The notes: generated by a model from the letters alone, not told the origin. A stretch of DNA of 64,000 bases from Mobula hypostoma (GCF_963921235.1 NC_086108.1:9610001-9674000), one strand, 5' to 3'. Positions 34,579-47,565 are shown, counted from the stretch's first letter. A program made the numbers and translations.

Positions 34579-37140
34579 TGGAATTGCCAAGTCATTAGTG
34601 ATGTGTCTCTCTGTTCTAGGTGAGCTTTTAATATGATTGAAAGGCTTGTCACATGAGGAGTGTTTGGTGGCCCTGGGCCTGTATTCACTCATTGAAACCC
34701 ATCGAATGGTGAGAGGCCTTGGATGTGGAGTGGATGCTTCCTATGGTGGGGTGTCTGGAGCAGGCAGCCTCAGAATAGAGGAATGTCCTTTTAGAGTGGA
34801 GATTAGCCAGAGAGTGGTGAATCTGTGGAATTTGTTGACACAGATGGCTGTGGAGGCCACGTCACTGGGTATATTTAAGGCAGCGTTTAATAGATTCTTG
34901 ATTGGTCAGGGCATGAAGGGATACGGTGAGAAGGCAAGAGATTGTGACTGAGAGGGAAATGGATCAGTCATGATGAAATGGCAGAGCAGACTCGATGGGC
35001 CAAAGGGCCTAATTCTGCTCCTTTATCTTATGGTCTTCTGGTCTTGTGCAGGTCAGCAAGTTCATTGTTCACACTGTGGAGAAGAACGTGGGAGCGAGGG
35101 GATGTGAAAAGGTTGAAGCGGGATCTGTGTACGATTGGTGTCAATGGGTGGTTAATAGTCAAGTTTGATTTGGTGGGTAATGGGTAATTAACTGATTATT
35201 GTCTTGATAATCAAGACCAAAGATCTGATTGTGGACCAGAAAGAGTAAGACAAGAAACACACACTAGTCCTTATAGAGGGATCAGAAGTGGAGAGAGTGA
35301 GCAATTTCAAGTTCCTGTGTGTCAGCATCTCTGAGGATCTAATCTGATCCCAATATATCAATGCAGCTACAGAGAAGGCACAATAACGGCTGTATTTTAT
35401 TAGGAGATTTGGTATGTCACCAAAGACACTCACAAATTTCTACTGATGTATCGTGGAGAACATCCTAACTGGCTGCATCACCGTCTGGTATGGGAGGGGG
35501 CTACTGCACAGGATTGAAATAAGCTGCAGAGAGTTGTAAAAGTAGTCAGCTTCATCATGGGCACGAGCCTCTGTAGCATCCAGGACATCTTCTGGGAGCA
35601 ATGCCTCAAAGAGGTGCTCATCGTAATGACCCAGGACATGACCTCTTTTCATTGCAACCACCAGGGATGAAGTGCAGGCGCCTGAAGACACACTCTCAGT
35701 GACTCAGGATTAGCTCACCTGCTTCTCTGTCATCCAATTTCTGAATGAACACCACCTCACTACTTTTGTATTTCTATTCTTGGACTCTTGGACTACTTAT
35801 TTAATTGAACTATTATACATATATTTGTACGCCGATTGTACAAGGAGAAAACGATCACAGAATACAGAATAGAGTGTCACAGTTACAGAGAAACTCAAGT
35901 ACAAGAGCCACGAGGAGGCAGATTGTGAGGTCAAGAGTTCATCCTTATCGTATTCAATAGTCTTATAAGAGCGAGGTAGAATCTGTCCTTGAGCCTGGTG
36001 GGATCGTTACAGGATTTTCTATCTTCTACTTCAGGGTAGGGCGGAGAAGAGAGTATGCCTGGGGTGGGAGGGGCCTTCGAGGATGCTGACTGCCTTAGTG
36101 AGGCAGCGAGTAGTATAGACAGAGTCTGTGGAGGGGAGGCTAGTGTTGGTGATGTGCTGAGTGCCATCCACAATTCTCTGCAAACTCCTGCAGTCCTGGG
36201 CAAAGCCATTGGTGTACCAAGCTGTGAAATAACTCGGAAAACGTGTAGCTCGGGTAGTCAATGGCTGGATTGGGTTGTTCTCTGATTTTGGCAATTAACT
36301 TGGGAACATTTCATCACCGTGTGAGGAGGCATTGTCAGCGCACTGTTAATTGTGATGTGTCTTCCGAACGCCTGGCCTTTATACATCATAAGACACAGGA
36401 GCCAAAGTAGGCCATTCGGCCCATCCAGTCTGCTCCACCATTCCATCATGGCTGATTTATTATCTCTGTCAACCCCATTCTCCTGCCTTCTCCCTGTAAC
36501 CTTGATGCCCTGACTAATCAAGAAGCTATCAACCTCCCCCTCCCATTTAAATATACCCAATGACTTCCACAGATTCACCACTCTCTGGGTAAAGAAATTC
36601 CTCCTCATGTCTGTTCTAAAAGGATGTCCCTCAATTCTGAGGCTGTGTCCTCTGGACAGAGGCTCCTTACCAGAGGAAACATCCTCTCTGCATCCACTCT
36701 ATTGAGGTCTTGCAACATTGATAGGTTTCAATGAGATCCCCCTCATTCTTCTGACCTCCAGCAAGTTCCTGTCAGTTCCAGAGCCATCAAGTGCTCCTCA
36801 TACATTAACCCTTTCATTCCTGGAGTCATTCTCGTGAACCTCCCCCGGACCTTCTCCAATGCCAGCACATCCTTTTTTCAGATAATGTGTGTGAAAGGAG
36901 GTAAGATACCCTTCCTGTCATACACCCCCACTTGACACACTCCATGGTGGAGGGTGTGTGGGTCACAGCTCACAGCAGGAAGAAGGGTTACTGTGATAAC
37001 TGCTCCAGTGAGAGCACAGTGGGCCACGGGTGCGGGGGGAGGGGGAGGGGGGGATGGATAAAATCTCCGTCCTGTCCTGAGATCTCAACTGGGGAGCCCA
37101 CTGCCACCCCCACTCCCTACCCAGAGATCCCCGAAAAAAG

Positions 37141-37177
37141 CATGCACGCGTACACACACACACACACACACACGTGT

Positions 37178-37238
<61 letters not shown>

Positions 37239-37413
37239 CATACACACATCCACACACATACACACAGACATACAGACACACATGCGCACTCACACATGCA
37301 CATACGTACACACACAGACTCAGGCACACACAGACGCATGGACATGGACAAACACACACACACACACACACACACACAAGTGCATACATTTACATACATA
37401 CACTCAAACACAG

Positions 37414-37457
<44 letters not shown>

Positions 37458-37575
37458 CACACTCACACACATGTACACAGACTCGTGCACTACAAACGCA
37501 CAGACACAGACAAACACACATGAACACTCACACACACACACACACACACAATTGCATGCAAACAGGCACACATAC
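37141..37575. repeat. Compound (CA)n microsatellite
   Basis: Directly visible. Confidence 0.95.
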
Positions 37576-38084
37576 ATTGAGGGTACAGCCTGCTCTGTCT
37601 GGGGTACTGCCAAGTTTTCCCAGTGTCCGATTGGGCTCAGCTCCACCTACTGAGCAAAGGTGGGCGAGTTTTGTTTCTGCAGAGCAGGCAGCCAGGGCCT
37701 CACGTCGCCAGTATCCTGAGGTCACATTCCCTGGAGTGCTGTTAGTTGGCAGAGATTGTCTGTTTCATAATCCAGCTTCTCCCTTGGGTGTTGCAGCCTC
37801 CTGGGAATTAAATCTTCGTCTTCAGGATACTGTGCACACTGTAGAAAGCCAAAGAGGTGCTGGAGTGAGACCCCTCCACTCTGACCTGACGCTTGGTGTG
37901 GGCCAAGATCACACTGTGGAGGTAGTGGGTGCAGGGTTGATCCCAACTATTGAGAGGTTTGGACAGGTACGTGGATGGGAGGAGTATGGAGGGCTGAGGT
38001 CCTGGTCTGAGTCGAAAGGACTAGAGAGAGTAACAGTTCAGCATGAACTAGATAGGCTGAAGGGCCTGTTTCCATGCTGTAGAA

Positions 38085-38690
38085 GAACATAGAACATGGA
38101 CCAGTACAGCACAGGAACAGGCCATTTGGCCCACAATGTTATGCTGAACCAGCTAACAAACAAATCAAAAACACCCAAACACTAATCCCTCCTACCTACA
38201 CATCCCTTCACCTTCCTCACATCCATGTGCCTAAACGTCTCTTAAAAGCCCTGAATGTTTTTGCCTCTATCTCCATACCAGGCTCACATTCCAGGCATCC
38301 ACCACTCTCTGAGTAAAAAAACTTACCCCTCACATCCCCCTTGAACCTACCCCTCTCACCTTCAATGCATGCCCTCTGGTATTAGACATTTCAACCCTGG
38401 GAAACAGATACTCCCTGTCAACTCTATCTATGCCTCTCATAATCTTGTAAACCTCTGTCAGATCTTCCCTCAGCCTCCGACACTCCAGAGAAAACAGCCC
38501 AAGTTTATCCAGCCTCTCGTGATGGCACATGCTCTCTAAACCAGGCAGCATCCTGGTAAACCTCTCCTGCACCCTCTCCAAAGCCGCAACATCCTTCCTA
38601 TAGTGGGGCAACTAGAACTGTGTGCAATATTCCAGATGTGGCCTAACTAGAGTCAGCATTAGTTGCAACATAATCTCCTGTTTTTGAACG
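38085..38690 (-). mobile_element. CR1 LINE 3' fragment
   Basis: [37 protein letters not shown]; tail (ttctatg)n at ~38085. Confidence 0.85.
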
Positions 38691-39411
38691 ACTTCTACGA
38701 ATTTACGACTTTGAAACCACTGTGATGAAGTTGTCAATACTATCTTTCCCTGGGACATTGGACTGGGCGCAGACCACACCCTCAGCTGGGAATAAATTGT
38801 CCTTTGTCTACTGTCGGAAAAAGCTGCAGGAAGTTTCAACGTCAGCCGGCTCCATCATGGGCTCAGCCTCCCCAGCACCCAGGACGCCTTCAAACGGCGG
38901 TGTCTCAAAAACACAACAAATATCATTCAGGCCCCCCATCACCAGGGACATTGCTGCCATCAGGAAGGAGATACAGACATCTGAAGGCACACACTCAGCG
39001 ATTCAGGAACAGCTTCTTCCCCTCTGCCATCAGATTCCTGAATGGACATTGAACCCATGAACACTACCTCCCTACTTTTTTCCTGTTTTTGCACTACTTA
39101 TTCAATTTAATTTTCTACAGTACTGTGCAAGAGGCCCATAAATATAGCCAGGGTGCCTAAGACTTTTGCACAGTACTGTATTTGTCAATGTGGAGCAGAA
39201 AGCAAGTTTAAAAATCTGGCGGGAGCGAAGGATGTTGGGAATGGCGAGGGTGGAGCGCCGCGGGAGGGGTGTGGGACAGGTGGCAGAGAAGGAGTGTCAT
39301 GGGTGGGGGGGGGCGGTGGTGGTGGTGCAGGTGCAGACACACCCAGTCCTGAGACTCCAGGAAAGGTCATTTGATTCCAAACAATTGGTTTATTGATCAT
39401 TATAGAACGTC

Positions 39412-39642
39412 TGATGCACTATCAATTACTCCAAAAGACTGGAAGTAAGAGTAAATACTGAAAGGCTTTTATTAACAGTAAATGGGTCCACGTCCCTGTT
39501 GAGTATCTGTCCTGGACTGAGAGGAGGAGCAATGGCGCAATCACCTTTATTCAGGGGTCTGTGGGAGGAGCCACAGGGGCAGTCAGCAGAGGGGCATGTC
39601 CAGACAGGTAACCCAGTTACAACATATACATGGTTTACCACA
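39412..39642 (-). mobile_element. Solo LTR (231 bp)
   Basis: TG...CA ends, AATAAA on the minus strand, 5-bp flanks ACGTC (39407-39411) / ACGAC (39643-39647). Confidence 0.6.
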
Positions 39643-41669
39643 ACGACTCTCTGGTTTACAACATATACATGGTTTACCACAACGACTCTCCGGTGCTTCC
39701 CGCTCCCTCCCCTCCCGCTTCTCTCTCTCAGTCCACAATAGGGACCCATATCAGAATCATGTCATAAAATTTGTTTTTTTTTGCAGCAGTACAGTGCAAT
39801 ATATAAAATTATTACAGTATTGTGCAGAAGTCTTTGGCACCCTAGCTTTGTATATGTGTCTAAGACTTGTGCATAGTACTGTGTGTTTGTGTATATATAT
39901 AACAAAAACTGTAAATTACAATAAGAAATATGTAGATATATATATATAACTACGTATTTCTTATTGTAATTTACAGTTTCTGTTGTTAGGTATTGCAGTG
40001 TACTGTTGCTGCTAAACAAGAAATTTCACAACATATGTCAGTGATATTGAACCTAATTCAGATTCAGATTTTGTCCCGAAGAAGAGGAGGGGAGTTTCGG
40101 GAGAGACCTGGGATGGTTGTACATTCTTAACCGGCAACACGGGAGGGACTGTGCGGTCCTGATCCCCTGGGCGAGGTGGATGAGGCCGGCCGCGAGAGAG
40201 TGGCCCGGGGAAGGGGAGTGAGTGCGGCCAGGACCCTGCCACGAGGGAGCAGGACACGGCGGGATGGCAGGGTCCCTGGCAGGAGCAGCGGTTGGGTTCC
40301 ATTTCTGTGGATATTAACTCATCAACAGCGCTCAGAATAGAGAGACTTGTGAAACACAACAGATGTGCCTTCAGGGCTTGCCAGGATTGTGTGGCAGAAG
40401 CAGTGACTGAAGAGGCGATTCGCTGCCTGTCTCTCCGTGCTTCCCGACCATCACTCCACGTGGACTGAGGGTCCAAGGGCAACCCGTGGGGTTTTCGACG
40501 CTGGGGGAGAGGGGGCAGTGAATTTGTCAGCTGCAGGCATCCACGCCTGGCGCCAGCTTCCTACAGGAGATACCATCACTGAGTTATCTCCGACCCCCAA
40601 CCCCCGCCCCCCCGAGACATGCAGGGGCACCTCAATCCGGTGGGTGCAGTCGGAGGGGTTCCCCACACTCTCCGCCACCCTGTGATTCTTCCTGTCAACT
40701 TCCTTGTCCAACAGCCCTGAGTATAACTCCATTCTCAGACAGACAGTCCTTGGGGTGGGGTGTGGGAAGAAAGGAGAAGGGGCGTTGGTTGGCCTGCGCC
40801 CACAGGTTCTGTGGGTATTCCAGTGGCTGAGGGATCTCCAGTGAGATCAGCAGGCGCTTTCTCTGATAGAGAAGCTCAGGGCAATACTGTCACGTCAGAG
40901 AATCAGAGCCTGGTAACAACCTTCCCACCATTTCATCCTCCCCACATTCAAATCAAATCAAGTTTAATTACTTTTCAAACCATACATGATACAGCTGAAC
41001 GAGATGGAATTCCTTTGGGGCCAAGATGCAAAACACACACGCGCATTCAAAATAGCAAAAGAGAGAAAGAGAACATAGTCATGCAAGTAAACATATTTTT
41101 AGTCCAAGACCCTGAGCGACTGTTTCTGCAAAATAGTGGTTCCAGGCAGTCCAGCCTGTAATTCCACTGATCCACCAGTGGAGGGCAGCACTGACAGGAG
41201 AGGCCACCCCGAATTGAGCATGAAGGCCACGCTACACCGCCTCTGGCATCTCCTCACCTGGACTACAGCAGCAGGTAAGCCTACGGCTTGAGACCTATCA
41301 ACTCCATTTTATTTGTCACATCTACGTCGAACCATACGTTTTATAGATGTCTGTGAAGATGTCAGAATCACGGTTAATATCACTGGCATATGTCGTGAAA
41401 TTTGTTAACTTCGTGGCAACAGTATAACAGGGCAGTAGCTGAGGCAGCAGAAAAAAGATCAGCATGGGTGTGGACCAAGTATGTCCAGAGGGGCAGATAG
41501 TCAGACAGTGTATACGTATCTTGTAAACCCTTCAGTAGTTGCATAGACACCTGAAGAGCAGACTATCTGTTGTATGGAAGTGACCAACAACTCTGATAGA
41601 GACAGATGCCAAGTTTTTAAGCTCACCAGTGGGAGGTGGTGCTTTAGCACTGCTGGCCCACCACCTCGA

Positions 41670-41736
41670 GGGAGTCTTGATCATAAGTGGGCCGAAACTC
41701 CTGAAGACAGGTGGCAGATCAACTGATGATCCCACT
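41670..41736 (+). ncRNA. Putative non-circularly permuted hammerhead ribozyme (copy 1)
   Basis: GGAG-UC / GAAA-CUCC (stem III); UUGAUC / GAUCAA (stem I); CUGAUGA core; CCCACU / AGUGGG (stem II). Predicted cleavage after C41676. Confidence 0.7.
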
Positions 41737-41826
41737 GGTGATAGCACAGGACAGTTAACATCTTAGTCTAAGTGTATTTTGTAACTCTTTTGTTCTGGAC
41801 ACCAGTGACTACCAGGAATAGTCTGG

Positions 41827-44800
41827 TTGGCAACCTGGAATAGTCCGGTGACAGCGTGGAGAGACAGCGGACAGCCAGGAAAGACTAGCACCGGGGGTGT
41901 CAGGATTGGCAGTCCGGGCACCAGCTCAGAAGGGCACCCACCTCTTGAAGCTTCTAGTCTACATGGAGAAACATACCCTCGGGGTCCTCTGAGAGGGAGG
42001 GAGAATGATGGACCCAATCGTATGGATACAGTTAATTACAGGGAACGACTACGACTGAGGGCTAGGATAAGAGGCTCTGAGTGTCCAGTGTGTTGGTGTG
42101 GGAGAGCGTTTTCCAGCATTAAAGGTTTACAAGTCCACCAAGCAAAGCTGAAGTGCTATTCCATCCCAGTGGATGAAGATGAGGTTTCTTCACCAAGCAC
42201 AGATGATGTGGTCTTTTCAACCACTGATTCACAAGCCACAGCGATTCGCTCTGGAGAGAGTCATCATACTCCAGGTCAGATGAGAGATAACCCAGGTCAG
42301 GTTTGAGACCACAGTACCCAGGTAGATCCTTCGCATGATGGCGGTGGTGAGGAGGTAGAGAAGAAGAGGAAGGTCAAGTGACCAGCAATGGTAGATGAGA
42401 AGGCTTGGCGTGTATTTGATGAGGATATCAGTATGATGTTGGAGAACATTCTCAGGGGAACATCAAAGAGAAAGTTGGAAGTGATGGGCGATATGATTTA
42501 CGATGTTGGAAAGTACAGGTTTGGTTTGGTTGAGTTGAAGAAAACAAAGCCTACACAGCAACCAAGCAGGCGCCAGAAGGAGATTAGCAGGTTGAGGAGA
42601 GAGCTTAGATCATTGAGACAGAGGTGGAAGGTAGCAAGTGAGGGTGACAAGCCAGGGCTTGCTGATCTCTGAGAGCATTTTTGAATAAAGTTAGCATCGC
42701 TCTGTCGTGCAGAGTCACAACGTAAAAACAGAAAGAAGAGAGAGAAGGCAAGAAAGTCGTTCTTTGAGAACCCTCACCAGTTCACAAAGAAACTGTTTGA
42801 ACAAAGTAAGAGCGGGCAGCTTAACATCTCTCAACAAGAACTTGAGGATCACCTGGCAAGCACTTACTCGAACGAACAGCGGGAGGCTCCTTTGCTTGAC
42901 ATTTCAGGGCTTGTGAAGCCTACCAAGCCAGGAGTGAAGTTCAATCTGTCAGAACCCAAACCGGCAGAAGTCGAACGGTTCATCAGAAGGGCAAGGTCAG
43001 GCTCAGTGCCAGGACCTAATGGAGTGCCGTATAAGGTGTTCAAGAAGTGTGAGGAGCTGAGGAAATACTTGTGGAGATTGTTAAAGGTGGTGTGGAGACA
43101 AGGTGTTGTTCCTTTGTCATGGAGTGAGGCTGAAGGAGTATACATCCCGAAGGAAGAGAATTCTTCTACATTGAATCAGTTCCGACCATTTTCACTCCTG
43201 AAGGTAGAGGGGAAGATTATGTTTGGCATTCTGGCAGAAAGAATATCTTCATTTGTGATAGGGAATGGATTAGTAAATACATCTGTGCAGAAGGCAGGAA
43301 TACCAGGCTTCCCGGGATGCCTTGAACATTCTAGTATGATATGACATACCATCCAGGAGTCGAAAAGGTTGAGAAGAAATCTGGCTGTAGTTTGGCTTGA
43401 TCTGGAAAATGTGTATGGATTTGTTCTCCATGTCCTGATTGAGTTTGCGATGGAATTCCTATGGATTCCTGCTAAGGTGAGGAACTTTGTTATGCAGTAC
43501 TACAACAATTTCCGGATGAGGTTTTCCACTCAGCAGTTTACAACTAGGTGGCAGAGCTTGGATGTTGGAATCCCAGTGGGATGTGCGATTTCACCCATCC
43601 TTTTTGTGTTAGCCATGGAGGTCATTGTGAGGGCTGCAGAATCAGTGGGACCAGGTGTCGCACATGATGGCAGAGGGGAGTTACCACCAATACGAGCGTT
43701 CATGGACGATCTCACCCTTCTGGGTCCCAGCACGGAGGCAGTGGAAAGTGTACTATCTAGACTCGAGGAACTAATGGATTGGGGAAGAATGAAGTTCAAG
43801 ACCAAGAAGTCAAGGAGCCTTGTTCTTAGGAGAGGAAAGCTGGTTGACTTTCATTTCACCCTTTCTGGAGAGGAGATTCCATCCATTCAGGACCAACCAG
43901 TTAAGAGCCTCGGGCGATGGTACACAGAGGAGCTGAGAGACACCAAGAGGGTTCAAGAGACAGAACAGATCAGCAGAGGTCTGATGTCTGTTGACAAGTG
44001 TGGCTTGCCTGGCAAGTTGAAGTTGTGGTGCTTGCAGTACAGACTGATGCCACGGATAATATGGCCACTAACTGTCTATGAAGTGCCAATGTCCCATGTT
44101 GAGGCAATGGAACAGAAGATCAACAAGTATGTGAGGAAGTGGCTTGGAGTACCGAGCAGCCTCACCAATGTCACAATCCACAGTAGCCAGACAAAGCTTA
44201 CCATCCCAGTGCAATCCCTTGTTGAGGAGGTCATGGTAGTCAAGGTAAGATCATTCTTGATGCTTCGAGACTCAAAAGACCCTGTCATCAAGAACACCCA
44301 GCCGGATGTGAGATCAGGGAGGAAGTGGTCAGCCCGTGTAGCAGTGGATGAGGCAGAGTCTAGATCGAAGCACAAGGAGATGGTTGGGGCTATCCAGCTA
44401 GACCGCCAGGGACTTGGATGGACAACCCACAAGTGGTGGTCATCTTCTACAGGTAAGGAGCGCCGTGAGCTTGTAACACAAGAAATATAAGAGGTAGAAG
44501 AGGAGAAGAGGTTAGCTGAAACAGCTGGCCTGGCCAAACAAGGGGCTTGGACCCGGTGGGAAAGTGTTGAACAACGACACCTATCTTGGAATGTTCTGTG
44601 GCAGATGGAACCGCTCCGCATTTCTTTTCTATGCAGAGCAGCGTACAATCTGCTCCCAACACCTGCCAACCTCAGCACCTGGTATGAAGATAAGACAGAC
44701 AGGTGTGCAGCTTGTGGCGAGGAGGAACACTTCAACATATTTTCAATGTATGCAGAGTCAATCTTTCCAGCGGCATGTACACTTGGAGACATAACAATGT

Positions 44801-45362
44801 TCTCAAAGTTGTGACAGAAGCGGTTGAGCAGAGAGTACTGCAGCACAACTTATCTCATGCCCCATGCTGCGCAGAACATCGCATATCATTTGTGAAAGAA
44901 GGCTCCAAGTCAAGGGTGTACAGCGCAGGCTCACGATCAAGCATACTTTCTTCAGCCAATAATTGGTGTGTCAAGGCTGACCTGGATGGGAAAAGCAGTT
45001 TCCCGGAGCAAATAGCTTTCACCACATTGCGTCCAGATATAATCGTATGGTCTGACACCAGTAGAGAAGTGGTTATTGGTGAACTCACAGTCCCCTGGGA
45101 AGACAACATCGATGAAGCCCATGAGCGCAAGTTAACCAAATATGCAGAATTAAGATCAGAGTGCAGAGACAGAGGGTGGAAGGTCTCATGCTATCCATTC
45201 GAAGTAGGCTGCCGTGGGTTTATTGCGTTCACTCTCCAGAAGTGGCTGCGTGACCTTGGCTTCACTAGAAGAGAGATCAAGTCAACTAGCTGGGCTGTAG
45301 CTGAGGCAGCAGAGAAAGGATCAGCATGGGTGTGGACCAAGTACGTCCAGAGGGGCAGATAG
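41827..45362 (+). pseudogene. Disrupted RT-RLE polyprotein ORF of the HERO-like element
   Basis: Same-frame segments broken by stops (e.g. 42304, 42379, 42670, 43342, 44488) and a frameshift near 44720. Confidence 0.85.
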
Positions 45363-45531
45363 TCAGACAGTGTATACATATCTTGCCAACCCTTCAGTAG
45401 TTGCATAGACACCTGAAGGGCAGACTATCTGTTGGATAGAAGTGACCAACAACTCTGATAGAGGCAGATGCCAAGTTTTTAAGCTCACCAGTGGGAGGTG
45501 GTGCTTTAGCACTGCTGGCCCACCACCTCGA

Positions 45532-45598
45532 GGGAGTCTTGATCATAAGTGGGCCGAAACTCCTGAAGACAGGTGGCAGATCAACTGATGATCCCACT
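45532..45598 (+). ncRNA. Putative non-circularly permuted hammerhead ribozyme (copy 2, in the 3' UTR)
   Basis: Identical to copy 1 at offset +3862; predicted cleavage after C45538. Confidence 0.7.
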
Positions 45599-47199
45599 GG
45601 TGATAGCACAGGACAGTTAACATCTTAGTCCACGTGTATTTTTTTTTAACTCTAATGAAATACATGATAAACAGAGAAAAAGAAAATTACGGTAAGTATA
45701 TACATGTACTTTGTATATTAAATAGTTAAATTTAAAGTAGTGCAAAAATAGAAATAATAAAAGAAGTAGTGCTAATGGGTTCAATGTCCATTCAGAAATC
45801 CGATGGCAGAGGGGAAGAAGCTGTTCCTGAATCACTGAGTGTGTGTCTTCAGGCTCCTGTACCTCCTCCCTGATATAATTCATTATGGGTTATAGGGTTG
45901 AGAAGGTATTGCTTGGATTTCCGGCATCTGGAGATTTTCTTGTTTGTAAAACTAAGTAGACCTATTTCCTGGCTCCCATGTTTTTTCTTTCAATTAGTTT
46001 TTGGAGTTGCAAAACGTAACAGAGGTGACACAGCTGTCCTGTTCCTCGATCTTCTGGTGACATGAACGTTCCTCTGTTTCTGCTCTTCTTCCCAGATGTG
46101 CCCCCGTCCACTTCACATTCCCACTCCAACCCATCCTGGTCTGGTGATCAACACCTCCACCCACTCACCTGCCCCACCACCACTATTTTATCATTTCTTG
46201 TCAGTCACCTTATGCACAGAGATTCCTGTGCCTAGCATCAATTTATGGTGATAAAATCAATCTATATACATAATCTATCTTTTGTATCTGATGTGTTTTT
46301 ATTATTTTTGTGTTCTTTATCTTATTGTGTTTTGTTTTTGTGCTGCATCAGATCTGGAGTAACAATTATTTTGTTCTTCGTTACACTTTGTGTACTGGAA
46401 ATGATATTAAACAACCTTCAATCTTCAGTGAGGGAAAGGATAGCCAGAGAGTGGTGAATCTGTGAAATTCTTCACCACGGGCAGTAGTGGAGGCCAAGTC
46501 ATTGGATGTACATAAGGCAGAGGTTGATAGATTCTTGATTAGTCAGGGCATGAAGGGATTTGGGGAGAAGGCAGGAGACTGGGGCTGAGAGGGAAAACGG
46601 ATCAGCCATGATGAAATGGTGGAGCAGACTCGATGGGCCAAATGGCCTAATTCTGCTCCTATATCTCATGGTCTTGAGGTATAAATGGTGCAGGCGCTTC
46701 TTTGTCAGTTGGTGGCGCTGTGGGACCACAGCACAGCCCAATGCCGCCAGTCCTGGAAAATGAGCCCACTTTGTGTTTGTGACAGAGTACTTAACACACA
46801 CTGATCCGGTCACTGACACTATACAACAGGCTGGGAGGTGTTCTTGAGTGAAGTATATATGCTGATGTGTGTAAATCTGGTTAAAATGCCTAATAGTCTG
46901 CTAATCACATATTCCGACATATCACTTTCTTCAACACAGGGGTGTGGATGGTATTCTTTTTAATATCCTTGCTGAGGTATGTTACTCTGCTAATGTACTA
47001 CTGTGGTGTGTTAACAGAAGTGTTGGTACGTCACTGTTAATGTGTGTATTCCACTTAAGGAGAGAAGTAGACCGTTTGGCCCAACAAATCTGCTCCAGCA
47101 TTCCAACATGGCTGATTTATTATCGTTCTCAACCCCATCTCCTGCCCTCTCTGGGTAACATTTGACACCCTGACTACCAAGAACCTACCAACCTTCTGA

Positions 47200-47565
47200 A
47201 TGGCAGGATGGAGATATGTCTCTACCAAAGAACGTGCATGGCACTCCTTCCCTCCACCCTGCAGGTCACCTTGGGCAAGGTGATCAGGGTCACGTGAAGC
47301 CATGGGGGCAGATGGTGGATGGTCGTATGAGCAGCTGATGCACATCACAAGTCCTGGTTATGTGACCACTGACGCCAGGCAGTCAATCTCTGAAGAGAAT
47401 TGATAATGGCTGGGGTTACCCGTCTTGTAAAGACACTGCCCAGAAGAAGGCAATGGCAAACCATTTATGTGGAAAAATTTGCCAAGTACAATCATGGTGA
47501 TGGAAAGATGAAGATGTAATGATGTAATGATGAAGTCATATGACACGGCACGTAATGATGATGAC
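47200..47565 (+). mobile_element. SINE with RTE-type 3' end (inverted partial copy at ~11305-11545)
   Basis: gaagaaggcaatggcaaacca motif and (gat)n tail; a second copy is visible in the window. Confidence 0.55.

Larger units (their letters stand above)
41430..45653 (+). mobile_element. HERO-like RLE non-LTR retrotransposon, near full length, preceded by a tandem copy of its own 3' end
   Basis: One decayed ORF (~41827-45362): N-terminal Zn-finger-like CWCGRAFSSIKGLQVHQAKLKC, PGPNG, FRPFSLL, WLDLENVY, GCAISP, FMDD (43699-43710), CCHC knuckle CAAC...TLQHIFNVC, and RLE RPDIIVW...ELTVPWE...KLTKY. No APE domain. Direct repeat 41430-41788 / 45292-45653. Confidence 0.85.

Noticed and set aside
36932..38092. 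386-aa His/Thr-rich ORF and overlapping ORFs
   Set aside because: Produced by the stop-free (CA)n microsatellite.
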